Shown here one piece after another: positions 52,391 through 63,241 of a DNA stretch of 64,000 nt. The first letter of the stretch is position 1, and each line of letters starts with the position of its first letter. Under the pieces are notes generated by a model. That model was not told the DNA's origin. It saw only the letters and a program-made list of their open reading frames with translations, and did no database searches. Position numbers and translations under genes: made by a program. The DNA comes from Nitrosarchaeum sp. (GTDB taxonomy: Archaea > Thermoproteota > Nitrososphaeria > Nitrososphaerales > Nitrosopumilaceae). The stretch spans positions 736,001-800,000 of the forward strand of contig OZ245020.1 in assembly GCA_965223865.1 (NCBI GenBank), given 5' to 3'.

Positions 52391-54040
52391 ATGACACAAG
52401 TAGGTACAACTTCAGAAGGAGTACCAGTTATTTTACTAAAAGAAGGCACAAAACAATCGCGAGGAAAAGATGCCCAGCGAAATAATATCCATGCTGCAAA
52501 ACTAATCGCCGAAATAATTCAGACCAGTTTGGGACCACGAGGCATGGATAAGATGCTAGTAGATTCAATTGGAGATATCACAATAACAAATGATGGGGCA
52601 ACCATTCTAAAAGAAATTGATGTTCAACATCCAGCTGCTAAAATGATGGTAGAGGTTGCAAAAGCTACAGATAGTGAAGTTGGAGATGGCACTACATCTT
52701 CTGTAGTATTAGCTGGAGCATTACTTGAAAAAGCTGAATCACTAATTGATGATGAGATTCATTCAGTAATTATTGCAGACGGATACAAAAAAGCATCAAG
52801 AAAAGCTACTGAATTCCTAAATAACATAGCTATCAAAGTAGACCCAAATGATAGAGAAATTTTAGAAAAAATTGCTCACACATCGATGCAAACAAAACTA
52901 GTGTCTTTGGATGCATCAGACCTTGCAAAGCTAACAGTAAATGCAGTATTAACAATAGTGGAAGAAAAGAAGGGTTCTTTCAAAGTCAATTTAGATAATG
53001 TCAAAGTAGAAAAAAAGACAGGAGGTTCTATTTCAGATAGTGAACTAGTTAGTGGAATAATTCTTGACAAAGAAATTGTCCATAGTGGAATGCCTCGAAA
53101 GGTAGAGAATGCAAAAATTGCTTTAATTAGTGAAGCATTAGAGATCAAAAAAACAGAGTTTGATGCAAAATTGAACATTTCATCACCAAATCAAATAAAG
53201 TCATTCATGGAAGAAGAAAGTCAATTACTGCGAGATATGGTAAAGACGATAAAAGAAACCAATGCCAATGTTGTATTGTGTCAAAAAGGAATTGACGATA
53301 TTGTTCAGCATTATATGAGCAAAGAAGGAATTCTAGCAGTCAGACGAATTAAAGAAAGCGACATGTCAAAATTAGCAAAATCGACTGGAGGAAGAATCGT
53401 AGGAAGTGTAAATGATTTGAATAATTCTGATTTGGGTTCGGCTCAAAATGTTGAAGAAAAAAGAGTGGAAGAAGACAACTGGGTATTCATTGAAGGGTGC
53501 AAAAATCCAAAGGCAATCAGCATACTGATTAGAGGAGGTTCACAACGAGTAATTGATGAGGCAGACAGATCAATGCATGATGCATTGATGGTAGTCAAAG
53601 ACGTTATTGAACATCCAAATATTGTGTATGGAGGAGGAGCACCTGAAGCATATGTTGCCATAAAGCTAAGAGAGTGGGCAAAATCGTTGTCGGGAAGAGA
53701 ACAGCTTGCAGTTGAGAAATTTGCAGATGCTATGGAGTCAATACCTCTAGCCCTTGCCAGGAATGCAGGAATGAATCCAATTGATTCAATAACTCAACTT
53801 CGCTCAAAGCAAAATTCAGGAGAATATCATACCGGAATTGATGTCATAAATGGGATTGTAACTGATTTTAAAAAATTGGGAATTGTAGAACCGCTTAAAG
53901 TTAAAGAACAAATAATAAAATCTGCTACAGAAACGGCCAATATGATTCTAAGAATCGATAATGTTGTTGCAGTATCAAAAAGCAGTCAACCTGAAATTCC
54001 TCCAGCAATGCCACCTGGAGGCGGCATGGGCATGTATTAA
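52391..54040 (+). CDS. ths: Thermosome (group II chaperonin) subunit
   Basis: [21 protein letters not shown]. Confidence 0.96.
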   Translation: MTQVGTTSEGVPVILLKEGTKQSRGKDAQRNNIHAAKLIAEIIQTSLGPRGMDKMLVDSIGDITITNDGATILKEIDVQHPAAKMMVEVAKATDSEVGDGTTSSVVLAGALLEKAESLIDDEIHSVIIADGYKKASRKATEFLNNIAIKVDPNDREILEKIAHTSMQTKLVSLDASDLAKLTVNAVLTIVEEKKGSFKVNLDNVKVEKKTGGSISDSELVSGIILDKEIVHSGMPRKVENAKIALISEALEIKKTEFDAKLNISSPNQIKSFMEEESQLLRDMVKTIKETNANVVLCQKGIDDIVQHYMSKEGILAVRRIKESDMSKLAKSTGGRIVGSVNDLNNSDLGSAQNVEEKRVEEDNWVFIEGCKNPKAISILIRGGSQRVIDEADRSMHDALMVVKDVIEHPNIVYGGGAPEAYVAIKLREWAKSLSGREQLAVEKFADAMESIPLALARNAGMNPIDSITQLRSKQNSGEYHTGIDVINGIVTDFKKLGIVEPLKVKEQIIKSATETANMILRIDNVVAVSKSSQPEIPPAMPPGGGMGMY

Positions 54041-54258
54041 AAATAAGATCATTTTAAAAAATAGTAAAATAAAATTGTATTCAATAAAAGTAAAATCACA
54101 AAATAAAGTTTTATTAAATTCAGGAATTAAAAATAAAAAACTATCTTTTGAAGAATTAAGCAAGTAAAAATAATTTTAAAAAAATAATTGCAAAAAGCAT
54201 AATTAAAAAAAGTAATTTGGATAAATCCTTTTAAAAAAAAATTTGTTTTTTAAATCAG

Positions 54259-54681
54259 ATGCTAACTAAAACAGATACCAGAAACAATTTGTTGCATGAT
54301 ATTACACATTGGGGCATTCGTGCATCAATTGGTGCTATATTCATTGTTCACAGCATAAAGAAATTTGATCCAAGTTGGCAGGAGTGGTTAATCAGTATTG
54401 GAATTCCACCTGAAATGCAGCTACCAATTGCCCTTGCAGAATTTTTAGGAGGGACATTCCTGATTGTAGGAATACTTACTAGAATTAGTAGTGCAATATT
54501 TTCGGTAATTTTACTTGGCGCAATATTTCACATTAGATGGGAAAATGGATTTTTTGTTTCTGAAGGAGGATGGGAATGGGATCTCATAATGCTTGCTGCA
54601 GTATTATCCATAATTGTGGTGGGACCAGGAAGACTATCTATTGCAAGTAGAATTAAGAAAATTACAAAATACTTACAATGA
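54259..54681 (+). CDS. DoxX family membrane protein
   Basis: AEFLGG...GILTR...GGWEWD...GPGRLSI. Confidence 0.88.
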   Translation: MLTKTDTRNNLLHDITHWGIRASIGAIFIVHSIKKFDPSWQEWLISIGIPPEMQLPIALAEFLGGTFLIVGILTRISSAIFSVILLGAIFHIRWENGFFVSEGGWEWDLIMLAAVLSIIVVGPGRLSIASRIKKITKYLQ

Positions 54682-54775
54682 CATTTTAGATTAAGCAGAT
54701 AAAAATTCATTTATTTTTCTTGAAACGAAATATTCTACCAAGTTAGCAAAATTTGTAATAATAGCAATCTTCTCT

Positions 54776-55138
54776 TTATTCTTGATTTTTGTAATAAAGT
54801 TTGATTACCTCAGCAACTACTTGATTTGTATCTGCATCTTTTTCAGTACTTACCAATAACAGATTGTCATCTCCAAGATAAAATGAAAAGCGTTTTACTT
54901 TTTCATATTCACCTAATGTGTAAATTGTCTTTCCAAGCCATTTTGCCATTTCTTTTCTTGCTTTCCAATCCATTATTGAGAGACTTACCATTTCTTTTTC
55001 TGCATGGGGGGAAAGAAGATTCTCAATTCCTTTTCTCATACCTCCACCAAGGCAAACTGCCCATTCATCATAAACGGTAGCAAATCGGATTTTAGGATTG
55101 GATTCTAAGATTTGTGAACAAAATTTCTCATAATTCAT
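54776..55138 (-). CDS. Roadblock/profilin-like protein (DUF6659-type)
   Basis: IRFATV...GGMRKG...LGKTIYTLGEYEKVKRFSF. Confidence 0.75.
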   Translation of the reverse strand: MNYEKFCSQILESNPKIRFATVYDEWAVCLGGGMRKGIENLLSPHAEKEMVSLSIMDWKARKEMAKWLGKTIYTLGEYEKVKRFSFYLGDDNLLLVSTEKDADTNQVVAEVIKLYYKNQE

Positions 55139-55274
55139 AATTTCTCTAAAAATCACATAGGATAAATCAGTTTTTGGGAACTTTTTTTTTGAGATTTTTC
55201 AACAAAGATGGAAACTTCGTAAATCACGCTTCTGATTTGTGCAAAACGTTTGATTTTCAAAAACTTGAATTACA

Positions 55275-55862
55275 TTAATTCACAGTTACAGATGCATTGG
55301 CCCATGGATGAATCATACAAAAGTACGGATATTCACCTGTATTATCGAATCTATGAGAGAAAGTTTGTCCAGATTTGATTAAGCCACTATCAAAAGTTCC
55401 AGATGGACCTTCCAAGATAGTTCCACTTGTTACAGTATGGGCTGCATCATCATCATTTCTCCAAATTACCTCACCACCTTTGAAAATTATCAGAGAAGGT
55501 GGATCATAGCATAAATTAATTTCTTCACATCCAGGTATACTAGTTCCTGCAGGAATGCTCACCAATCGTGCAGGTAGTTTCGATGTAGCTAGTTCTTTTG
55601 CTGTTTCACGTATTTCTTGAGTCTCTTCAACTGCTTGTTTTGTTTTTTCTGTGACTTTTTCCAAGACCTCAACACTAGATTCTTTTATTTCTTGTAATTT
55701 CTCAGATGTTTCCTGACTTGCTTCTTTGAGAGGAACAGTTGTTCTTTCCATAGCGGGTGGAATATCAGAGGGTATGCCAGAACCTCCAGTTGCAGTAAAA
55801 CCCACAGCTGCGGCCACTATTGCAACTGCAATGACTATCCCTGCTTTATCCATTGACGTCAT
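55275..55862 (-). CDS. Membrane-anchored cupredoxin with helical stalk
   Basis: HTVTSG, YFCMIHPWA; paralog of 45458. Confidence 0.88.
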   Translation of the reverse strand: MTSMDKAGIVIAVAIVAAAVGFTATGGSGIPSDIPPAMERTTVPLKEASQETSEKLQEIKESSVEVLEKVTEKTKQAVEETQEIRETAKELATSKLPARLVSIPAGTSIPGCEEINLCYDPPSLIIFKGGEVIWRNDDDAAHTVTSGTILEGPSGTFDSGLIKSGQTFSHRFDNTGEYPYFCMIHPWANASVTVN

Positions 55863-55963
55863 GATGCTTTTTTGTAATCTTTCTTTTAAAAGCAAATACA
55901 ACATTATCAAAAAATGAAATTGTCATCGTAGTTAATTAGAATGGCAAAAAAGTAAGAAACAAA

Positions 55964-56835
55964 TTATTTTTTTGCAACTACAAAATCAACTTTATAGTTT
56001 AATGTTGAGCGAGAACTAAATTTTAAATTCCAAGGATAGTAGAAAGGTTTTTTTGTTTTGTCAGATACAGAAAATCCTAATTCCACAAGACTTTTCCTAA
56101 GAGAGATCTCATCAAGTGGATAACTTACAGAATTTTTTCCTCTCTCAAAATCATAAGGATCAGAAACTACAAAAAATCCTTTTTTGACTTGTTTAGAAAT
56201 GTGTTTTAATAATTGGAGAGGTTCAATCAACTCTAAAACATTCAATGCTAGTATTAGACCAAATTTTGTCTTTCCAAAAAGAGGAGAAAGTGAATCAGCT
56301 ACAAAGTAATCCAAATTCTTCATGTAGGTTTTTTTGCAATTGAAATTGCACTATATGATCTGTCTATACCAAATACAATACCATGATAATCTGCTAAAAA
56401 CCTGGTCATTAAACCTATAGAGCAACCATATTCTAAAATCAAGTCTTTTTTAGAAATGAGTTTTAGATGATTTTTGACTAGGGAATAAAATTTTGAGTTT
56501 TTATTGTTTTGATAGATTTTACTCCATTTCTCTTCAAGTGCTGTTCGATCATCTTCGTCTTTTTTTGCTTTTGTTAAAGATTCTTTGAGAAATTTTTTCA
56601 TTTTTTCATGACTGACATGACGATACATCTTTCCTCCAAGAACAAATCGGGATGAAAGATATTTTGAAAAATCATCCCAAATTATTGGAATTTTATTAAT
56701 GATAGGGAATTGTAGTTTACAGTTTTTGCATTCTAAAATGCCTTCAACAATTTCTTTATCCTTACTAAAAATATCCATTTCTAGTTTTGAGCCACATCTG
56801 ACACATCTTAGGTAATTGAGACTAAATTCGTGCAT
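55964..56835 (-). CDS. Trm112-like Zn ribbon plus SAM methyltransferase, split by a one-base gap in an A7 run at about 56330
   Basis: CVRC...CKNC...FPI; LEYGCSIG; adding one A joins the two ORFs. Confidence 0.75.
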
Positions 56836-56929
56836 TTTAGATATGATGTAGTTGATTTTGAACTAATAATTTGTTTTAGGTTCAAACCAAGATAATGTTA
56901 AATGTAGTACAAAAAAGGATTAACTCAAA

Positions 56930-58123
56930 ATGAGCGAATTTGAGGAATTTGCAGAGGCGTTATTTGGTCAACTATCAGTAGAGATTAATGAAGAAAAAGA
57001 GATCATTCAGCTAGCTGAAAAAACAAAAGAAGATCTTCAATCAAAAGTAAAATTTGATGAATTAGATAAAATTACCAATGAATTATTTCTCTCACTTAAA
57101 GAAAAAGTAGAAAAATTTTTAGATATTAAAATTCCAGATGTAAGAGTAGAATTTCCAGAACTCAAAGAGTTAAAGAAAATAAAAGGAGCCAAAGTATTCT
57201 CTGATGAACAATCAAAAGAATTTGTAAATGAATTATTTTTGGCAGTTGCAAATGAGGATCAGAAAACAATCGCAGATTTGATGAAAAAAGAAACTGCAAA
57301 GTATCTAGTATATTCTACATATGCTATTCAATACATTTCAAAGATTTCAACAACATACGGAGATTACTTGGATAATGTAATTTATCTAAATAAGTTTATC
57401 CTATCAAGATATCCACAGATTATTTTACACAAACAAGGAGAACCTTTTGATGCAAGATTTGAAACTGTAAACTCTGGTTATCATGGAGCAGTAAAGATGA
57501 CAATTCTTGAAGAGTTGATTCATTCTTCTCAGAAAAACCTACAAGAATTAAACAAAAATGCTGCAACTCAGGTAAATAAAATCAATGAAGAGCTTGCAAG
57601 AATAATTCTTTCACTAGAAACTGAAACCATAAACAAGCTATCTGAGTATTTGCAATTACAGGCAGTACCAGACGATTTTCCATTTGCAAAAAAGGCAAAT
57701 CTGTTTTTCTTTTTGAATCCAGATCATTTCTTAATTGAGCAGATAGGTCCCGATGTAATGACATTTACTCATGTGGAGATTGACCCAAAGATTTCTGAAT
57801 CAATTCCAGAATTGCTTGAAATTTACAAGAAATGGCTCATTCCCATACAACAGCACCACGCAGCATTTACTGTTATGGAAGGAATGGCAGCATTTGCAAT
57901 AGAGAATATCCTAAAAGACGACCAAGATTTTCAAAACTATCTTACTACCTATATGGGCACAGATTTCTCATCATATCAAGTAAGAAAGAACATGGGAAAG
58001 GACTTTACAAAAATTATTTATGAAAAACTGGGAAAAAGTGCCTTCAAAACAATGATTGAAAACCCACCAAATACTAGAGAGATAAAAGAACCGCAATTAT
58101 ACCTCAAACGGATAAAACAGTAA
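56930..58123 (+). CDS. Hypothetical protein, possible zincin-like fold
   Basis: 397 aa; ILEELIHSSQ and TVMEGMA. Confidence 0.75.
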   Translation: MSEFEEFAEALFGQLSVEINEEKEIIQLAEKTKEDLQSKVKFDELDKITNELFLSLKEKVEKFLDIKIPDVRVEFPELKELKKIKGAKVFSDEQSKEFVNELFLAVANEDQKTIADLMKKETAKYLVYSTYAIQYISKISTTYGDYLDNVIYLNKFILSRYPQIILHKQGEPFDARFETVNSGYHGAVKMTILEELIHSSQKNLQELNKNAATQVNKINEELARIILSLETETINKLSEYLQLQAVPDDFPFAKKANLFFFLNPDHFLIEQIGPDVMTFTHVEIDPKISESIPELLEIYKKWLIPIQQHHAAFTVMEGMAAFAIENILKDDQDFQNYLTTYMGTDFSSYQVRKNMGKDFTKIIYEKLGKSAFKTMIENPPNTREIKEPQLYLKRIKQ

Positions 58124-58126
58124 CAA

Positions 58127-58945
58127 TTGCAAGAAAAATTTGATCCATATGTTGCTGAATGGGTATCATTTGTAAAAAATCCAAATTTCAATCTAGTTGA
58201 AAAATGTCTAAAATTTGCACAGCTTTTAGAATATCCTGATCTAAACATTGATGCATACATTCAGAAAATTAACAGAATTGGCATGTCACTAAAAGAATCA
58301 ATTAACGAAGTAAAAAATCCAACATATCTAATTTCAATGTTAAATGAACATCTCTTTGAGAATTTAGGATTTAGTGGAGATGATGATGACTACTATAACC
58401 CAAAAAATAATTTTCTAAATAACGTAATTGACAAAAAATCAGGACTGCCAATTACGATTTCAATTTTGTATGTAGAAGTTGCAAAGTTTGTGGGTCTTGA
58501 TCTAAAAATGGTAGGATTTCCAAGTCATGTTTTGGTAAAATATAGTGAAGAGATGATTTTAGATCCATTCAATGAGGGAAGTTTACTTGATTTAGATGAT
58601 CTGCAAGAAATTTTAGATGCAAATTTTGGAGGACAGTTAGAATTTCAACCAGAGTTTCTAGATGCGATTGAACCAGAACAAGTTTTAGTTAGACTTGCAA
58701 GGAATTTGAAAAATTCCTATGTTCAATCTTTTGTATATGACAAAGCACTAAGATGTGCAGATATGGTTTTGGCAATAGAGCCAGATTCTCCTGAAGATAT
58801 AAGAGACAAGGGGATTTTAGAAGAAAGATTACTGCATTCAGAAATAGCATTAGAGTATCTAAACAAATATTTGGAGATTAATCCAAATGCAGAAGATGTT
58901 GATTTTATTCTAGAATTGATTAGAAGTATAAAGACAAAAAATTAA
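58127..58945 (+). CDS. SirB1-like (transglutaminase-like plus TPR) protein
   Basis: GFSGD...YYNPKN, GLPITISILY, GFPSH, DPFN. Confidence 0.85.
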   Translation: MQEKFDPYVAEWVSFVKNPNFNLVEKCLKFAQLLEYPDLNIDAYIQKINRIGMSLKESINEVKNPTYLISMLNEHLFENLGFSGDDDDYYNPKNNFLNNVIDKKSGLPITISILYVEVAKFVGLDLKMVGFPSHVLVKYSEEMILDPFNEGSLLDLDDLQEILDANFGGQLEFQPEFLDAIEPEQVLVRLARNLKNSYVQSFVYDKALRCADMVLAIEPDSPEDIRDKGILEERLLHSEIALEYLNKYLEINPNAEDVDFILELIRSIKTKN

Positions 58946-59163
58946 TCAATAATAGAATTGATATCTTGTCCTTTCTTGATCATTGATATTTCGTGTCTGG
59001 CAATTTTGTTTCTTAATGCTCTCTTTAAAATATCAACTTCGCTTCGGAGTAAAGCGATTTCATCTTCAAGCTTTGCTACTCTTTCATAGATTATTGCAGC
59101 TTGAGCGATTTCATCTTCAAGCTTTGCTACTCTTTCATAAATTGTTTCAGCTTCGGAACTCAT
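58942..59163 (-). CDS. Small coiled-coil protein with an internal 17-aa duplication
   Basis: IYERVAKLEDEIA twice. Confidence 0.75.
   Translation of the reverse strand: MSSEAETIYERVAKLEDEIAQAAIIYERVAKLEDEIALLRSEVDILKRALRNKIARHEISMIKKGQDINSIID
59053..59139. repeat. 36-bp exact direct repeat, period 51
   Basis: agcgatttcatcttcaagctttgctactctttcata at 59053 and 59104. Confidence 0.9.
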
Positions 59164-59236
59164 AATTATCTCTCATCAGAAAATTGTCTTAAAAAGTTAT
59201 GGGTAAATTTGTTGATAGGCTCGTAAGCTTTTTGCA

Positions 59237-59398
59237 CTATAATTCAAATTCTTGGCGACATTTCTCGCATTTTCCCCTCTCTTCACCAGGTGGACCAAGA
59301 AGAAATACTTTGCCAATTGTCTTACAAACTGGGCACATTCCAGTTGTAGCATTTTTTGGACCTGTGCGAATAATTTTTTGTGTTTTTCTTCGCCCCAT
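59237..59398 (-). CDS. 53-aa basic Zn-ribbon protein
   Basis: MGRRKTQKIIR...CPVC...CEKCRQEFEL. Confidence 0.75.
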   Translation of the reverse strand: MGRRKTQKIIRTGPKNATTGMCPVCKTIGKVFLLGPPGEERGKCEKCRQEFEL

Positions 59399-59444
59399 AA
59401 CACTTACGCCAAAATCGGACTATTAAGTTTAATTTTTTAAAAGG

Positions 59445-59528
59445 CGCGGGGAGGGGGATTTGAACCCCCGTGTCCTTGCGGACATGGGATTAGCAATCCC
59501 ACGCCCTACCAGGCTAGGCGATCCCCGC
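59445..59528 (-). tRNA. tRNA-Ser (GCT)
   Basis: GCGGGGA/TCCCCGC acceptor stem, TGGGA-TTGCTAA-TCCCA anticodon arm, long variable arm, GTTCAAATC. Confidence 0.95.
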
Positions 59529-59935
59529 ACAGAGATGCCTTGAATTAATCTGTAAATAAGTCAATATTTTTGTGATATTATTTTAAAAATTCTCTAATTC
59601 TTTTTTTAATATACTTCAGATTATCCATAACAGCGAGATATTTTGGATCAGCCTCAATTGCACTTTGAAGCTATTTGATTGCATCATTGTGTGACTTGAG
59701 AGCTCAGTTCAGACATACTCTAAAAAAGTTCATTCTTTTAAATTAAATTTGATTTCACCGTCTAATCAATCTCATTTTCTCCATTCTATTTGGACATGTT
59801 CTAGTTGAGAGATTTGTCTCTTATCTTTGAATTTTCTTAATTGGGTCAAAGTACTAAAAGCAAGATAAGACTATCAAGTCAATACATTTTGTCACAATAC
59901 TGAAAAATTTAGCGGTTGGATCTCAAATCTTAAGA

Positions 59936-60280
59936 TCAAACTGCCTGACCTCCTCTTTCACCAGTTCTGATTCTGACAGAGTCTTCAACATTGTATAGAA
60001 ATATTTTACCATCTCCAACCTTGCCTGTTCGTGCAGAGGTACTGATTACAGAAATAACTTTCTCTGCTTGGTCATCATTACATATCACTTCAATCTTGAT
60101 TTTTGGATTCAGGTATGATGAGGTAAATGTGCCGGGTCTACCACCACTTGTAATTTGCCCTTTCTGAGTTCCCATTCCCTTTACTTCGTAGACAGTCATC
60201 CCACCTACACCAATACCTGCAAGAGCAGTCTTGACAGCATATAGTCTTGTACTTCTAAAAATTGCCTCAATCTTTTTCAT
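59936..60280 (-). CDS. glnB: P-II nitrogen regulatory protein
   Basis: MKKIEAI, GMTV, TGKVGDGKIF, RIRTGE. Confidence 0.92.
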   Translation of the reverse strand: MKKIEAIFRSTRLYAVKTALAGIGVGGMTVYEVKGMGTQKGQITSGGRPGTFTSSYLNPKIKIEVICNDDQAEKVISVISTSARTGKVGDGKIFLYNVEDSVRIRTGERGGQAV

Positions 60281-60465
60281 GCTTTCTCCAAAGAATAAAA
60301 TTATTTATGCCTTATAAAATGGACTGATGTGGTGTTTAATAATCGAATATCTTTGCACGTAATACTGTAACTTGTAATGCATAATATCATGAATCTCGCA
60401 ATTTAAATAAGGATATCATTGCTCCAGTCGGCTTTAGGTTTTGTTAGTAATTTTCATTTACAGAA

Positions 60466-60675
60466 ATGATGATTACCGATAAATACAAAACAACTCAAGT
60501 CATGAGCGTTCCTCTGAAATGCCCAATATGCAATATTGGTAAAATGGTAAAAAACAAAAATCCCGAAATGCTTGCAGAGTACGATGCTAAAGAAAAAAAG
60601 CCCAATTCACACGGCATATTGACCAGAACATTTTACTGTGAAAAATGCAGCTATATCATGTTGTATAGGGAATAG
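60466..60675 (+). CDS. Small Zn-ribbon protein
   Basis: KCPIC...YCEKCSY. Confidence 0.65.
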   Translation: MMITDKYKTTQVMSVPLKCPICNIGKMVKNKNPEMLAEYDAKEKKPNSHGILTRTFYCEKCSYIMLYRE

Positions 60676-60810
60676 CAATTGAATATTTTTATGTCTTGAA
60701 TGTAGCTTTGCTGTGAATGCTATTCTCAAAAAGTAGCGATCTTTGCATACGTATAACTACGGTAAATTTGTAATAATACACACCTTACAAGTATTAATCT
60801 GTAAATAAAT

Positions 60811-61617
60811 TCATTCTTCACCAAACTGACTGTAATTACTTACAATTTCATCAATTGAAACTCTTTTTCCACCTACAATCTTTAGATCAACTTTGACTTT
60901 TTTGTTATTTACAGTAATGATATTGTAGGTGTTCTCAAATAGGCCCCTTACTCTTTCAGAGGTTGCAGTTCCAGCATTTACTACCATGGGCTTTCCAAAG
61001 TTCCAAATCCATGGTCTGTGTTTATGACCACATAAAACAAGATCAACATCAGTATCCATTATAGTTCTTAGTACATCACCTGCATCAATTACTGTTAGTT
61101 GATCAGAACCAGTGTCAGGAATTGCAACAAGATGGTGGTGCATTGCCAAAATTTTTACTTTATCTTTATATTTTTTCATGGTTCTCTCAAGCCACAGGTT
61201 TTGTCTGTATCCAACCTCACCTTCATTTCTGTCTGGTCTTGCAGTACCTAAAGTAACTAAAACAACATTATCACCTAATTCATTAATAGTTTCAAATGGA
61301 AAGAACTTTTTGAAAAGCAAGTATCCAGTGTTTCTATAATCATGATTTCCGCTAATTGTTATGATTTTTTTTGCATTAAATTTTGTTAAAAGAGATTTAC
61401 ATTTTTCATATTCTTTCATTAACCCTTCATTTGTAAGATCTCCTGTTACTACAATTGTATCAGGATTGAGTTGATTTACCTCATCTACTAAAGTATCAAA
61501 TTTTTCTTGTAGGAATTGTGAACCTACATGAAGATCCGAGATTTGCACAAGAATCATTTTAGGTTTTTTTCTTGAATCATTGCTATAAATCATATCCATA
61601 GAAAAATCAGTTGTCAA
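60811..61617 (-). CDS. Calcineurin-like metallophosphoesterase
   Basis: SDLH, GDLT, GNHD, GHKH. Confidence 0.9.
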   Translation of the reverse strand: MTTDFSMDMIYSNDSRKKPKMILVQISDLHVGSQFLQEKFDTLVDEVNQLNPDTIVVTGDLTNEGLMKEYEKCKSLLTKFNAKKIITISGNHDYRNTGYLLFKKFFPFETINELGDNVVLVTLGTARPDRNEGEVGYRQNLWLERTMKKYKDKVKILAMHHHLVAIPDTGSDQLTVIDAGDVLRTIMDTDVDLVLCGHKHRPWIWNFGKPMVVNAGTATSERVRGLFENTYNIITVNNKKVKVDLKIVGGKRVSIDEIVSNYSQFGEE

Positions 61618-61661
61618 ATCAAGGTAGAATTAAATAATAAGCACTTCAATTTTTTGCAGTT

Positions 61662-62693
61662 TTGGGCAAAAAAGCTGCTGTTATGAAAGGAGACGGTATT
61701 GGACCCGAAGTAGTAGACTCTATGCTCAAAGTTTTAAAAGAATGCAATATTCAATCTGAAATTATTCTCTGTGAGGCAGGCTCTGAACAGTGGGATAAGA
61801 ATGGAAGAAAAGACAAATCATACATTCCTGATGATACAATAAAAATTCTAGAAGAGTCTGATGCTTGTTTTAAGGGACCAACTACAACAATCCCAGTTCC
61901 AAATGCCCCAAGAAGTGTTGCAGTAACACTACGTCAGAAATTTGAATTATATTCCAACATTAGACCAACTAAAACTTTTGATAGACTAACACCAGATAGA
62001 AAACTTGATTGTGTCTGTTTTAGAGAGGCCACCGAAGGACTATACACCGGAGTTGAAGCACAAATCACAGATGATGCAGCAATTGCAATTAGAAAGATTA
62101 CAAGACAAGGATGCAGAAGATTTTTGGGTTCAGCAATGGACTGGGCAAATAGATACAACATGAAAAAGATGGTTGCCATAACAAAAAGAAATATTCTAAA
62201 ACAAACAGATGGAATTTTTTGGCAAGAAGCACAAAAGGCAGTTGAGGGAACTGATGTGGAATTATCTGAAATTTACATAGACAACATGGCACAACAAATG
62301 GTTGTAGCACCAGAGCAATTCAATGGAGCAGTTCTTGTAAGCACAAATCTGTTTATGGATATTATTTCAGAATTAGCTTCAGGGTTAGTAGGATCTATTG
62401 GATTAATTTATTCAGCAAACATGGGAGATGACTTTGCAATGTTTGAGGCAGCCCACGGTAGCGCACCACAATTTGCAGGACAAAACAAAGTAAATCCGAC
62501 TGCAACTATATTATCGGGTGCATGGATGGCTGAATACTTGGGTGAAATTGACATTAGAAATGCAATATTTGAGGCAACTGAACAAGTAATCAATGAGGGA
62601 AAAACAGTTACTTGGGATATTGGTGGTGATGCAGGTACAACTCAAATGACTGATGCAATTATTACATATGCAAAAGATAAACTACGAAAATAA
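61662..62693 (+). CDS. Isocitrate/isopropylmalate dehydrogenase family protein
   Basis: GDGIGPE, NLFMDIISE, EAAHGSAP. Confidence 0.9.
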   Translation: MGKKAAVMKGDGIGPEVVDSMLKVLKECNIQSEIILCEAGSEQWDKNGRKDKSYIPDDTIKILEESDACFKGPTTTIPVPNAPRSVAVTLRQKFELYSNIRPTKTFDRLTPDRKLDCVCFREATEGLYTGVEAQITDDAAIAIRKITRQGCRRFLGSAMDWANRYNMKKMVAITKRNILKQTDGIFWQEAQKAVEGTDVELSEIYIDNMAQQMVVAPEQFNGAVLVSTNLFMDIISELASGLVGSIGLIYSANMGDDFAMFEAAHGSAPQFAGQNKVNPTATILSGAWMAEYLGEIDIRNAIFEATEQVINEGKTVTWDIGGDAGTTQMTDAIITYAKDKLRK

Positions 62694-62704
62694 TTAGATT
62701 CTGT

Positions 62705-63241
62705 TTATTCTCTTTTGGCCTCAACTAGAACTAGCTCTTCAAAGAAGAGTTTCTTTTTTGCAATGATTTTTGCATTCAAGCCTAGTTTCTGTGCATAATC
62801 AATTAATTTTTGATAATTTGAAAGAGAAGAGGTAACAAAGATGAATTTACCACCCTTTCTAACTTTCTTTATTACAGAATCAAAGATTTTTTTTGGAATC
62901 TCAAATCCATCTTTACCTCCATCAGTTGCCATATCTAAAATTTCATCAGTTGCCAAATATGGAAGGTTACACACGATCAAATCAAATTCATAATTTATTG
63001 CATCTGCACCATTACAGCCTACAATATTTTGAGTTTTGTATGTCTGATTTGCTAGAACATCAAAATTAATGTCAGTCCCAACCACAAAAGAGAATTTCTC
63101 AGAAAGCATCTTTGTTAGATATCCTGAACCACTCCCAACATCTAATGCAGAAAATCCCTCTTCATTTTCAATGTTTGAAGCAATAAAGAATGTATCCTCA
63201 GATGGAGGATACTCTTCATTATCGTAAAATATCTTTTGCAA
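62705..63241 (-). CDS. HemK2/MTQ2-like methyltransferase
   Basis: PSEDT, DVGSGSG, NLPY, FFEEL. Confidence 0.85.
   Translation of the reverse strand: MQKIFYDNEEYPPSEDTFFIASNIENEEGFSALDVGSGSGYLTKMLSEKFSFVVGTDINFDVLANQTYKTQNIVGCNGADAINYEFDLIVCNLPYLATDEILDMATDGGKDGFEIPKKIFDSVIKKVRKGGKFIFVTSSLSNYQKLIDYAQKLGLNAKIIAKKKLFFEELVLVEAKRE

Noticed and set aside
59237-59398. Elf1 assignment for the MGRRK Zn ribbon
   Set aside because: Superficially similar but short; cannot confirm without a profile search
59445-59528. tRNA-Ser as integration site of the accessory region
   Set aside because: No duplicate of its 3' end and no integrase seen; housekeeping-like genes flank it
59580-59700. TPR-like remnant on the minus strand (NDAIK*LQSAIEADPKY)
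   Set aside because: Too short and degraded to call
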